A stretch of 64,000 nt of DNA from an uncultured delta proteobacterium (GTDB taxonomy: Bacteria > Desulfobacterota > RBG-13-43-22): contig CAWBOS010000010.1 in the NCBI GenBank assembly GCA_963790475.1, forward strand, positions 1,824,001 to 1,888,000, written 5' to 3'. The translations under genes and the position numbers were made by a program. Below, one piece after another: positions 10,498 to 20,892 of this stretch (position 1 is its first letter; every line of letters begins with the position of its first letter). The notes beneath the pieces are model-generated. The model made no database searches and was not told where the DNA came from. It saw only the letters and a program-made list of their open reading frames with translations.

Positions 10498-11112
10498 ATG
10501 GCCTCTTTCTCTCCCATAACCGATCGCTTAACCCAACTACCCTTCTCGCAAAAAATATTATTAGCCGTGGGGGGGTGGATTATATTGGGAGTGGTTATAG
10601 GTTACTTCTTACTCCTGCCTCGCTGGAATCAATCAAAGGCTCTCCAAGAAGATATCGCCCGGGAAAAAGTAAAATTGGATCAGATTATCAAAACCCGGGC
10701 GCAGATCGCCCAGTTTAAACAAGAGCTGGCCGAAATGGATGTCCGATATAAACAAATACTGATCATGCTACCGGAAGCCAAAGAAATTCCCCATCTGCTT
10801 AAAAATATTTCCAACCTGGGACAGCAGCAGGGTCTGGAATTCCTGCTGTTTAAACCGGAGAAGGAAATCCCCAAAGAATTCGTCGCCGAGATCCCGATTA
10901 CCCTGAATGTTAAGGGGTCCTATCATCAGATTGGTATGTTTTTTGACTATATTCGGAGGCTTCCCAGAATTGTCAATATTAAACAATTGGAATTGGGGGG
11001 GTTTGACGATAAAACAGCCCAAATTACTACTCGTTGTCAGTTGGTGACTTTCCGGGTCTTGCCTCTACCGCTCCCGTCATCAACACCGATACCGAAGGCT
11101 GTAAAGAAATGA
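10498..11112 (+). CDS. pilO: Type IV pilus assembly protein PilO
   Basis: LPEAKEIP, GSYHQIGMF, LPRIVN. Confidence 0.92.
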   Translation: MASFSPITDRLTQLPFSQKILLAVGGWIILGVVIGYFLLLPRWNQSKALQEDIAREKVKLDQIIKTRAQIAQFKQELAEMDVRYKQILIMLPEAKEIPHLLKNISNLGQQQGLEFLLFKPEKEIPKEFVAEIPITLNVKGSYHQIGMFFDYIRRLPRIVNIKQLELGGFDDKTAQITTRCQLVTFRVLPLPLPSSTPIPKAVKK

Positions 11113-11244
11113 TGGATTTGTGAAAAGTCTCCAGAGCCGTCACCCCGGCGAAGGCCGGGGTCCAGAATCAATCGAGTTTTCTTGATTCCGGCTTTCGCCG
11201 GAATGGCGAATGGGGGCTCTTTTGGACTTTTTACAATTCCCTCG
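11110..11244. mobile_element. MITE (~135 bp) enclosing a REP-like palindrome pair
   Basis: Imperfect TIRs TGATGGATTTGTGAAAAGTC / GACTTTTTACAATTCCCTCG; AGAAA direct repeat at 11105-11109 and 11245-11249; internal CGTCACCCCGGCGAAGGCCGGGGTCCAG ... TTGATTCCGGCTTTCGCCGGAATGGCG. Confidence 0.75.
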
Positions 11245-11258
11245 AGAAATAATAAATC

Positions 11259-11804
11259 ATGAAAAAAATTCTGATCTTATTTATCTTCTATTTCACCCTA
11301 CCGCTGGCTTTGGCGGCCTGTGCCAAATCGGCTCAAGAGGGTCCATCAATACAAAAGATTCTCCCCACCGCTCGGAAGGTTAATTCGGCGCCTTCCTCGA
11401 CCCTGCCCCCATCCTCCGCGCTTTCCCCGGTAGAGACGTCGGCACAAACAATTCCCCCCTATAATCCGACAGGAAAACCGGACCCCTTTATGCCCACCAC
11501 GGTATCCAACGAGACCAAAAGTAAGGGGAAGAAAGTTTTGCCTTTGGAACAGTTTGAAGTCAGTGACTTTGAGCTGGTGGGGGTGGTCACCGGTTCAGGG
11601 ATAAAAAAAGCCGTAGTCCAGGACCTGACCGGAAAAGGATATTTCATTCAAGTCGGGACCCGTATCGGCAAAATGGGTGGCAAAGTCATCCGGATAACTG
11701 GTAAAGAAGTTGTTATCCACGAACCTTTTCAGGATTTTCTGGGGCGGAGAAGTTCTCGAGTCGTTACCTTAAAAATTCCCCAGGCCCAATACGGAATTCG
11801 ATGA
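11259..11804 (+). CDS. pilP: Type IV pilus lipoprotein PilP
   Basis: Lipobox LAAC, YNPTGKPDPF, PLEQF, GTRIG. Confidence 0.9.
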   Translation: MKKILILFIFYFTLPLALAACAKSAQEGPSIQKILPTARKVNSAPSSTLPPSSALSPVETSAQTIPPYNPTGKPDPFMPTTVSNETKSKGKKVLPLEQFEVSDFELVGVVTGSGIKKAVVQDLTGKGYFIQVGTRIGKMGGKVIRITGKEVVIHEPFQDFLGRRSSRVVTLKIPQAQYGIR

Positions 11805-11870
11805 CCGGATATTCTTTGATGAATTTAATCAGCAAAACAAGCCATACTTCACCTTTATTTGAGAGCAAAT

Positions 11871-13831
11871 ATGAAAAATAACAAAAAGAGGCGCATTATC
11901 TATCTGGGGGGAGTTCTGCTTTTCTTTTTTGGCCTGGGAGAAAATCCATCTTCTCTCTGGGCGAAAGAAGGAAAGATCACTCCCAAAGCCCGATTAATCC
12001 AAATAGAGGATCAGGTGTTGCCGGATCGATTACGGGTCATACTGAAAATCAACCGCCCGGTGGTCTACCGATCTTCCACAATGACCAGTCCCCCTCGGCT
12101 GGTCGTCAATTTAAGCCCTTGTATTTTAGGCTCTCAAAAACCCATTACCGTGAAGGATTCTTCTCTGGCAGGGGTACGTTATTCCCAGTTCAATCCCAAA
12201 ACCGTTCGAATTGTTTTCGACTTCTTCCAAACCCCGGTCTATCAGATTTCCCATAAACAAGGAACGCCTTATCAAATTATCGTGGACTTTCCTAAAGCCA
12301 AACCTGAAACAATTTCACCCGTCCCCCACAAGACCGGAGATGGATTCTTACCGAAAACAACCATTGAAGAATTTAAAAAAGAAAAAAGTTTCCAAGATAA
12401 TCTATTGAAGAAAGAAAAGGTTCTTTCCAAAAAACCATTGGTCACCTTTGATTTTTATATGACCAATCTCCACAATGTGCTGCGTCTAATCGGTGAAGTC
12501 GGCGGGGTAAATATCGTGGTTGGGGATGAGGTGAAAGAAAAAAAAATGACTTTGAGTTTAAAAGAAGTCCCCTGGGACGAGGCCCTGAATACAATATTGG
12601 AGGGTAACAATCTGAGAAAACTGCAGCGTGGTGAAAAAACCTTTTTAGTCACTACCAGTGAAAACTATAAAAAAATATTGGATGATGAAAACAAGTCGAA
12701 ACTCGATGCCATCAAACTGGAACAGGAAGAATTGAAGGCCGAGGAACAACGCCGGAAAGTCGGAAAAGTTCTCTGGAGTACGAGACAATTCCAGATCAAA
12801 AATGTGGATGTGAAGTTGGTTGAGGATTTAATTCAAGGTTCCATAGAAAAAGAAAAAAAGATCACGGAGGATAGACTGCCGGGAAGCGACAAAGACAGAG
12901 CGACACTGCCGGGATCGGAAAAATTCTTGGGGGCTGATGTGCGTATCATAAGTGTCCCACACACCAACACCTTGATCGCCAAGGGAACCGAACGGGATTT
13001 GGATTATTATTGAATCACTAATAAAAACAATCGACCAACCTATTTCTCAGGTCATGATCGAGGCCCGCATCGTCGAGGCCGATGCCAATTTTACACGGGA
13101 TATGGGGATTCGATGGGGAGGGGCGAGCTTCCTTCGCTGATGCCCACGCACCTTTCGCCGGGACTATTCGAGGTGGAGACGCCTCCGGAGGCGGGCCGGC
13201 GCCAAGTAATTATGCCGTCAATTTGCCGCTAAACGCCGCTTCTTCGGCTTTTGGAGGCTTGGGGTTCGCCTTTGCCTCAACCAATTTAAACATCGATGTT
13301 CGAATCCAGGCCATGGAACAACAAGGCCGGGGGAAAACCATTTCTTCTCCCAAAATATTAACCAAAGATAATACAGAAGCCATAATTAAACAGGGAGCAG
13401 AGATTCCAGTAACAACTCAATCAGTAGTAGGTGGCGTTGTTTCGTTTACCACTGAATATAAAGATGCTGTCTTGGAACTTAAGGTTACCCCCCATATTTC
13501 TAGTAGTAAAAATATTCGAATCAATGTAAATATTTCAAAAAATGAGCCGACTTCACCAACGTAGATAAATTTGGAAATCCAACCATTAACACTAAAGGCG
13601 GCTTCAACGGAAATGATGGTCAAGGATGGCAATACGGTGGTCATTGGAGGGATTATCTTCAAAAAAGAAACGCTTATAGATAACAAGGTGCCCGGCCTGG
13701 GAGATATTCCCGTTTTGGGCTGGCTCTTTAAAACAAAGTACCGAACGACAGCAGATACCGAACTGCTTATTTTTCTCACTCCCAAAATAATTAGACCATC
13801 ACTCTCCGAGCGGTTTGGAAGTGATAGTTAA
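11871..13831 (+). CDS. pilQ: Type IV pilus secretin PilQ with AMIN domain; about 4 single-base frameshifts (near 13007, 13120, 13548, 13597)
   Basis: VPWDEAL; frame-corrected QVMIEARIVEA; ISSPKILT; LELKVTPHI; frame-corrected FTNVDKFGNPTINTK; VPGLGDIPVLGWLFK; ELLIFLTPKI. Confidence 0.9.
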
Positions 13832-13920
13832 AGCAGGTACATCGAAACATGGAAATCGAGTTCGGGGAAACAAAAACCGACTAATCGTATTTTTGTGTTA
13901 GTTAAAAATAGGGGAAATTT

Positions 13921-14319
13921 ATGAGTAATATTTGTAAATGCGTTTCAAGTCTGTTGGTAGTTTTGTTAATTTTCTGTGGTTCCTTAACCTGGGTCTTTGG
14001 TGCATCTCAAGAAATACGTCCGGCCTCTCAAACGTTTGGCACGATTGTTTCACCAGTAGAGGAAAGAAAACAGACCCTTTCTTCCGGGGATAAGATTTTC
14101 GTCACCTTGGATAAAACCCTTCCGGTTAAAAAAGGGGATACTCTGGAAGTTTTTCAACAAGCCCAGGTGACGATTGATGGCAAACCTGCCTTTCCTTTTG
14201 TGAGAGCCGGAAAGGTTATTATCCTGGAAATCATTAATGAGCGTTTGTTGTTATGCGTCATTGAATCAAGCAGCAAGGAAATTGCGGTCGGAGATCGTAT
14301 CTATTTTCCTGAACCTTAA
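13921..14319 (+). CDS. Exported hypothetical protein (small beta-rich domain)
   Basis: Signal peptide, RBS GGGGA, ends IAVGDRI; directly after pilQ. Confidence 0.65.
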   Translation: MSNICKCVSSLLVVLLIFCGSLTWVFGASQEIRPASQTFGTIVSPVEERKQTLSSGDKIFVTLDKTLPVKKGDTLEVFQQAQVTIDGKPAFPFVRAGKVIILEIINERLLLCVIESSSKEIAVGDRIYFPEP

Positions 14320-14343
14320 CAAAAATAGAAATGCAGGGTCAGA

Positions 14344-15462
14344 TGAAAAAAATAATCGTTCTTTCCATGGTACTCGGTTTATTGATGTTGGGTGGGATGA
14401 TTCAAACCGGATATGCCCAAAAGGGTGAAGCCCCTCTTAACGAATTCTTCAGAATTGTTAAAAGGATTTATCCAAAATCTAAACCAATGGGTTATTTTTT
14501 CGGCTGCCGATCTTGGTTTTGATTATCAACACAGACCGGAGGTCGGGGTCCTGGTTTCAAATTTTTCCAATCCGGCCGGGGAAGAAATTGAAATAGGCAA
14601 TCAAATCGCCTTGGAATTGCGGGCGGCCTTGAACAAAGGAAAACAATTTCATGTCTATGGGAAAGATCATCCGGTAAGCCAGAGTTTGAAGGCCAGCCTT
14701 AGCTCCGATCTAAAATGGAGCACCTCTTCTCAACGAAATTTTCAGCAAAATTTGTTGAAAAAATTTAGACCGTTTCCAGTTGATTTGATTATTATTGGTC
14801 AGGTGAGCCGAGAGCCGGAAAACCGAATAAAAGTAACGGCAAGTCTGATTCCTTTTTATAAACCTATAAGTCTGGTAGAAAGCGAAACCAAAAGAACGGA
14901 TATCCGCAGCGAAGAATTCCTCAGCCCGGCCCTTCCTTCCCAAGAAATGGACAAAGGACTGTCGGTCATTCAAATGCGGACCGTACCCAAAGGGCGTGTG
15001 GTTATCGTTGCTTCAATGAAAATGGAAAAAGGAAAATATTCCGGGCGAGGGACTTTGTTGTCTCAGGGAAGAACTATCAGGAGAAGCTTTGGGGAATCCT
15101 CGGATAGGCCCTTAAAGCCCCTATCCTTAAATGATATCGCCGGTTGGCTGGACGATAAAGAATTGACCGTTATCAAAGATTGGGAGGATTTCAAGAAGAA
15201 AGAGTATCATGATATCTTAGGCGGTTTTGGTGCCGACAGCATTTGGTTTGACGACCTGATTACCGAAGGGCCCCACACGGTTTTTATCAGCCTTGCTCAA
15301 ACGCCATCAAAAAACCAATTCAAGACTTTTTCCAAACGGTTTTCCATTAAAGGCGGGACATCCAACTATCTGTTTTTTTCCGTTTATTCAGATCCAATAG
15401 GAGAACCCGAAGTTAGAATTCGGCAAATCGTGGATCCTGAAAACAAATCCACCCCGTTTTAG
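14344..15462 (+). CDS. Exported hypothetical protein, FlgO/CsgG/TolB_N-like segment; frameshift near 14440 joins signal-peptide ORF to main ORF
   Basis: MKKIIVLSMVLGLLML signal peptide in one frame; VGVLVSNFSN...IGNQIALELRAAL...VDLIIIGQV in the next. Confidence 0.55.
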
Positions 15463-15500
15463 GATGATAATAAGGGCCTTGAAAGCGGGACTTGACCTCA

Positions 15501-16139
15501 TTAACCCTTTAAACACCCCTTAAGTTCTGAAAACCCTTTAATATGAAGATTAGCCGGCAAGGATGAATTCTTAAAGGCGACAAAAGGCACTCCGGCCCCT
15601 CCCGCAGTTTGGACATCAACTTCCGAATCTCCGATATACAGGCATTTCTCAGGACCTACTTGAAAAAAATCCAGGATTTTTATGACCGATTCAGGGTCCG
15701 GTTTCGGCCGAGTTACATCCAAGGAACCGATCACTAAATCAAAATAAGATTCCAAAGCAAAAGTTTTTAAGACCTGGCCGATGGTGGTGGATCGATTAGT
15801 GGAAACAGCAGTTTTGATTCTTGGTCTTATGGTTTCCAAAAAATCAATCAATCCCGGTTCCATTTCCATCAACCGGATAAAAGGATTATAGTCAAGGGCC
15901 TGAGCGTAAGTCAGGACAGCATCCCGAAGATGATTGTCTTCGAACAAATAGGCAATGGATTCCCCGGCCGTATGCATATGGACATAATTCAGATCGGATT
16001 CGCTCATAACGGGCTTGCCGAATTGTTCCAGCAAATGGTTATAAAAAGATTGATTAGCCTTCCGGGAGTCAAATAAGACCCCGTCGCAATCAAAAATGAT
16101 TACTTCCGGTCGTATCGGAAAATTTATGCGTTTATCCAT
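15501..16139 (-). CDS. HAD-superfamily hydrolase (Gph-like)
   Basis: FDCDGVLFDS, KPDPE, YIGDSEVD. Confidence 0.9.
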   Translation of the reverse strand: MDKRINFPIRPEVIIFDCDGVLFDSRKANQSFYNHLLEQFGKPVMSESDLNYVHMHTAGESIAYLFEDNHLRDAVLTYAQALDYNPFIRLMEMEPGLIDFLETIRPRIKTAVSTNRSTTIGQVLKTFALESYFDLVIGSLDVTRPKPDPESVIKILDFFQVGPEKCLYIGDSEVDVQTAGGAGVPFVAFKNSSLPANLHIKGFSELKGCLKG

Positions 16140-16447
16140 CGTATCAAATTCACACTTTCTAAAAAAAATTTTGTCTCTTTCAGACCAAAAAGTCAATAAA
16201 AAACCATAGGCTACTACTCCCTCATCAAACCGGACAACTCATTGAAGGCATTCTGATTGAGAATCCCTTTCTTCAGTAGTAGAAATTATTTCCCTTTCAA
16301 GAGAAGACCTATGCCCCTCATTCTTTGACCATAGACATTTTCTTCAATCCCGGAGAAACAATTGAAGGTCCTTTAACAAAGGTGCGGTCCCGGAGAAGTG
16401 GGATACCAGGCCAGGAGATATCGATCTATTGCAGTTCGGTCGCGAAT

Positions 16448-17692
16448 CTAATTCAATTCTTTTTCCTGTGGAAAGACCGGCAGGTAGCGATAGGACAGAG
16501 AAATGATCAAGGCCCCATAGGCCAAGACGGCAATGGTCGGCGCCCATTCCTGCCAACTGGGCCAGTAGGTTACAAAGTGGTCAAAGGGCATCACCGGCAG
16601 GGCCAGCGAAACGACGGTGAAGATGAAGCGGTTAAAGACCACGCCGGTACAGGATAACAGACAGGCCAAGGCCAGCCAACCGGGTCTCATCCTCAATCTG
16701 GCACTCATGAGCATAATGGCCGGAACGATTCCAAAAATACCCAGTTCAGCCACCACTAGCCAAAATCCATAGGGACCTTGATATTGATCCATATAACGAA
16801 GTCCCCGGGCGGGCAGATCGACAGCTGCCCAATAAATCGTATCGGCCAGTTTCAAAATGAGATAGACGATCAGCAGACCTCCGGCGATCTTGCCCAGCAA
16901 GGCCATCACTTCGGGTTTGACTAATTTTCTTCCGGTCACCTTCTGGGTCAGGGAAGTGATCAAAACCGTAAAAGCCGGGCCGGAAGCAATGGCCGAAGCA
17001 ATGAAGAGAAAGAAAGTCCAGGGCCAGATAAAAAACCCTTCCCTGAAGGCAAAAGGCCGGCCGAACATGACCCCATACATGCCGCCCAGGGAACCTTGAT
17101 GAAAAAAGGATAAAAAGGTCCCGGTCCCGGCGAAGATAAACATCAACTGATGCAGATTATGGGCAAAAAAATGGGCACCCTGGTTGGCATTGATTTTTCG
17201 GTTTTCCAGAACCAAAGGCGCATATTCGATCATCAATACCCCCAGATAAAGGGTAATACAAAACATCACCTCAGTCAGCATGGAGTGGATATTGGGATGC
17301 CAGAACCCGTACCAGGAACGCAGCGGCTGGCCGACATCCAGGGTCAGGATCAATATGGCCCCGCTGTAGCAGATAAATCCAATGATCACCGCGAAATTGA
17401 TAATAGCCTTCAGTTCTTTTTTGCCCCAGATATAGGTCAGAAAACCGGTAAAAAAGGCCCCGGCCCCCAGGGCAATCACCGCCAGATCAAAGGTGATCCA
17501 CAGGGCAAACCCGAAATAATCGTTCATGTTGGTCTGGTTCAAACCCTTCCAGAAGATTAGAAAGGCCGCCAGCAACCCCCAACCCAAAACCAAAAGCAGG
17601 ATAAGAACCCACAGCTTAAATTTGGACAGGGAACATCGGGGTAAACCCTCAGGGATTAAATCGTTATCTTTGGAGATGATGATTTCGTTCAT
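16448..17692 (-). CDS. qrcD: Menaquinone reductase integral membrane subunit (NrfD family)
   Basis: PEGLPRCS start, FDLAVIALGAGAF, DVGQPLR, HQGSLGG; last gene of the cluster. Confidence 0.88.
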   Translation of the reverse strand: MNEIIISKDNDLIPEGLPRCSLSKFKLWVLILLLVLGWGLLAAFLIFWKGLNQTNMNDYFGFALWITFDLAVIALGAGAFFTGFLTYIWGKKELKAIINFAVIIGFICYSGAILILTLDVGQPLRSWYGFWHPNIHSMLTEVMFCITLYLGVLMIEYAPLVLENRKINANQGAHFFAHNLHQLMFIFAGTGTFLSFFHQGSLGGMYGVMFGRPFAFREGFFIWPWTFFLFIASAIASGPAFTVLITSLTQKVTGRKLVKPEVMALLGKIAGGLLIVYLILKLADTIYWAAVDLPARGLRYMDQYQGPYGFWLVVAELGIFGIVPAIMLMSARLRMRPGWLALACLLSCTGVVFNRFIFTVVSLALPVMPFDHFVTYWPSWQEWAPTIAVLAYGALIISLSYRYLPVFPQEKELN

Positions 17693-17715
17693 GTCCTACC
17701 TCGTTTTTTAATAAA

Positions 17716-17796
17716 GGTTTCAAGGTTTCGAGGGGTCAAGGTTTCAAGTGAAAGGCGTTGAAATAAACCCCTTGAATCCTTCAACACTGGAACTCT
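17716..17796. repeat. Octamer tandem repeats in inverted arrangement
   Basis: GGTTTCAA GGTTTCGA GGGGTCAA GGTTTCAA ... CCCTTGAA TCCTTCAA CACTGGAA, between qrcC and qrcD. Confidence 0.65.
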
Positions 17797-17806
17797 ATCC
17801 TATATT

Positions 17807-18571
17807 CTATGAAACCTTTCTGACGACTTCGTTTTTTAAATGATTATCCCCTTGCCGGCGAATCCAATCTTGGGAAGTCAGGTAATAAACCTTGGGCCGG
17901 CTTCCTAATTTTTCAAGGAGTCGAAAGGCCCTGGGGGATTTACTGAGCCGGGAGACCTGACTCTCAGAGTCCTTCAGGTTTCCAAAGGTGATGGCCCTGG
18001 TCGGGCAGGCTTCGGCGCAGGCCGTGATGTATTCCCCTTCTTTGAGATCGCGTCGTTCTTCCATAAAGGCCTTATCTTTGGCCCGCTGATAACGATGATT
18101 GCAAAAGGTGCATTTACTGACCACCCCACGCATGGCCACTGAAACATCCGGGTTCAAATAATTTTCCAGACCTCGGGGATAAACCGGGTCCCACCAATTA
18201 AAATAGCGGGCATGGTAGGGACAGGCGGCGATACAATACCGGCATCCGATACACCGGGGGTAGATCTGACTGACGATCCCTCTTTCATCGATCTGGGTGG
18301 CAGTGACCGGGCAGACCGAGACACAGGGCGGGTGCTGGCAGTGCATACAGGGACGGGGTAAATAAGCGATCCGGGTCCCGGGAAAGGGCTTCCTATTATT
18401 CAGGCGATAAAGCCGCATCCAGGTGGTGCTCCTGAGTTTGTCGGTCTCGTCATCCCGGAAGGACAGGTTATTTTCGGCCATACAGGCCACGGCACAAGCC
18501 CCGCACCCGGTACACTTATCCAGATCAATGACCATACCATATAATTCTTTTCCGACCGATACCTCTTTCAT
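17807..18571 (-). CDS. qrcC: Menaquinone reductase iron-sulfur subunit
   Basis: MVIDLDKCTGCGAC, CMHCQHPPC, CIGCRYC, KCTFC. Confidence 0.9.
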   Translation of the reverse strand: MKEVSVGKELYGMVIDLDKCTGCGACAVACMAENNLSFRDDETDKLRSTTWMRLYRLNNRKPFPGTRIAYLPRPCMHCQHPPCVSVCPVTATQIDERGIVSQIYPRCIGCRYCIAACPYHARYFNWWDPVYPRGLENYLNPDVSVAMRGVVSKCTFCNHRYQRAKDKAFMEERRDLKEGEYITACAEACPTRAITFGNLKDSESQVSRLSKSPRAFRLLEKLGSRPKVYYLTSQDWIRRQGDNHLKNEVVRKVS

Positions 18572-18579
18572 GATGACCT

Positions 18580-20871
18580 CTACACTTTCTGTATTTTTAC
18601 CCGGGTAGCCCAGGCCACATCCAGCCCGGTCAGGGGATCCGCCCAGGTATCCAACATGGGATAAGGATTGTCCCCTCGGTTCTTGAGCGTGGCATCATAA
18701 GCCTTGTGTCCCATCCCTAAGGGGACAAAAACGCACTCGGGTCTGGCCCCTTCAAAGAGATGGATTCGGGCCTTAATCTTTCCCTTGACCGACTTAATCT
18801 CGACCCGGTCCCCTTCCCTTAAGGATATAGCCTGGGCCGTATCGGGATGAATCTGGACTACCAGATTATTTCTTATCAAGGTTTCTTCCCCCAGATATTT
18901 GGTAAGAAAAGGCGGATTGGCCACATATCCGGATTGAAGCAGAAGCAATGATTGGGGAACCATCCAAAAAGGATACTCCTGGCCGGTTTGGGCTTTTTCC
19001 CGGGCCCCGGTCTGCAAGGTGGAAGGAGAAAAATCCCACTTCCTTTTTCCTTGCTCGCCCTTGTTCTCCGGGTGATACCAGGTCCCCTGGACCACTAATT
19101 GTTCCCGAAATTTATCAAAAGATTCAAAGGAGGCCGGAATGAATTTTCCGTCTTCCTTGGGCGGTTCATCGGTCAATCGACCTTTCTTGGAATCATAGAG
19201 ACCTTTGGCCGTCTGCTTGATTACCTGTTCCATATTTTCAAAAGGCAGGGCTTCCTGAACCGGCCCTCCCAAATCTTTGGCCAGATGCAGGAAGGTTTCT
19301 CCCAGGGATTGGGTGTCATGGAGGGGAGGAAAAATCGGTTTGGTCAAACCATATACAGGAAATGGGACCCCCAGACAATTATAGCTGTCATCCCAGCGCT
19401 CCAGAAAAGTCGGGGAGGGAAGAACCAGGTCGGCCAGGGAAGCGGTTTCGTCCATAAAGGGAGAAATACTAACGACAAAAGGAATCTGGTCTACAGCCTG
19501 GAGAATATTTTTTTCACCCAAGGTAAAAGCAGGATTGGCCTCGTTGATCAACAAGACATTAATGGGGTACGGTTTTTTTAGAATGGTATTGGCAAAAAAA
19601 CGGCCGGCCAATTGTCCGGTTTTCGGGTAGTCGGCGGAAAAGGCCCCATCCAATCTCGGCAGAGCAAGACCCTTTTTCGCGGTTTCATCCAACGTCAGTT
19701 TCGGCCAGCCGGCATAGGGGAACTCGGGTTGCAAATAAACACCCCCGGGGCGATTGATAGAACCGGCTAAGAGATTCAGGAGATGAACGGCCTGGGCCTC
19801 AAAGAAACTGACCGGCAATTCACCTTTGCCTTTCCCCCACAGGGCAACCGGTTGTTTGGCAGCGGAAAAATCCCTGGCCAGCTTAGTAATGGTTTCCTGG
19901 TTGAGGGTTGTTTCCTTAGCCACCTGATCCGGTGTATAGTTTTTATTCAGAAGCTCTTTTAATTTTTCCAGTCCGGACATCCTGGTCCGGATAAATTTCG
20001 TATCGATCCAGCCCTTCTCGATCATCACTTGGGCCAGACCTAAGGCCAGGACCCCTTCGCTTTTCGGTTTAATGGCTATCCACTCATCAGCCAAAGAGGC
20101 CGTCGTAGTGGCCATAGTGTCAATCTGGATCACTTTGGCCCTTCCCTGTTGAGGGTCGCGGCGCCATTCCTGAAAAGCCCGGCCTACCCAGCAAGGGTTT
20201 CCCCACCCATCCAGCAAAGCGCTGCCGAAACTCAAGACATACTGAGACCGGGGAAGGTCATAAGTTATCCGGGTTCGAACCCCGTGGATGGTTTGAGTAA
20301 GTACGGCCTCCAGATCGCTTAATTGAAAGGGTTGAATAAAATTGGGAGAACCATAAGCCTTCAAGAACCTGGCCGCCAATTGGGCCTGACTCCCCTCCCC
20401 CTCTCCATCCAATAAGGCTACGGTGTGCGACAAATTATTTTGTCTTAATTCTTTTAATTTTGAACTTAATTCCCTTAAAGCCACTTCCCGGGTAATGGGT
20501 TTCCATTTTCCTTCGCCTCGGTCTCCGATCCTCTTTAAAGGAGATTTAACCCTTATATCTTCCTGGTATAGATATTGAAGTCCGGCCAAACCTAAAGGAC
20601 ACAACCCACCCCGGTTAACCGGATGATTGGGATTGCCTTCGATCTTGACCGCCTTTTTCCCCTCGATTAATCTGACCCGGATCCCGCATCCTCCGGGGCA
20701 AAGTTTGCAGGTTGAAAAGACATAAGAGGTCCCGCCTTTATCAGGAATCGGGGCCCAGCGTTGGCTCCATTTGGCCACCTCATCCATGGATATCCAGGGC
20801 AACGGAGAAATAACCGTTCCCACTGCACCCCCGACAATAAACTTCAAAAAATCCCTACGGTCTATGGCCAT
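18580..20871 (-). CDS. qrcB: Menaquinone reductase molybdopterin-oxidoreductase-family subunit
   Basis: Tat motif DRRDFLK, CKLCPGGC...GGLC, C-terminal molybdopterin dinucleotide-binding domain. Confidence 0.87.
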   Translation of the reverse strand: MAIDRRDFLKFIVGGAVGTVISPLPWISMDEVAKWSQRWAPIPDKGGTSYVFSTCKLCPGGCGIRVRLIEGKKAVKIEGNPNHPVNRGGLCPLGLAGLQYLYQEDIRVKSPLKRIGDRGEGKWKPITREVALRELSSKLKELRQNNLSHTVALLDGEGEGSQAQLAARFLKAYGSPNFIQPFQLSDLEAVLTQTIHGVRTRITYDLPRSQYVLSFGSALLDGWGNPCWVGRAFQEWRRDPQQGRAKVIQIDTMATTTASLADEWIAIKPKSEGVLALGLAQVMIEKGWIDTKFIRTRMSGLEKLKELLNKNYTPDQVAKETTLNQETITKLARDFSAAKQPVALWGKGKGELPVSFFEAQAVHLLNLLAGSINRPGGVYLQPEFPYAGWPKLTLDETAKKGLALPRLDGAFSADYPKTGQLAGRFFANTILKKPYPINVLLINEANPAFTLGEKNILQAVDQIPFVVSISPFMDETASLADLVLPSPTFLERWDDSYNCLGVPFPVYGLTKPIFPPLHDTQSLGETFLHLAKDLGGPVQEALPFENMEQVIKQTAKGLYDSKKGRLTDEPPKEDGKFIPASFESFDKFREQLVVQGTWYHPENKGEQGKRKWDFSPSTLQTGAREKAQTGQEYPFWMVPQSLLLLQSGYVANPPFLTKYLGEETLIRNNLVVQIHPDTAQAISLREGDRVEIKSVKGKIKARIHLFEGARPECVFVPLGMGHKAYDATLKNRGDNPYPMLDTWADPLTGLDVAWATRVKIQKV

Positions 20872-20892
20872 CTCGAAAGACCTCTTCTATTA

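Noticed and set aside
13562-13564. In-frame TAG in pilQ as possible recoding
   Set aside because: A neighbouring frame reads FTNVDKFGNPTINTK, typical of secretins, so nearby indels explain it.
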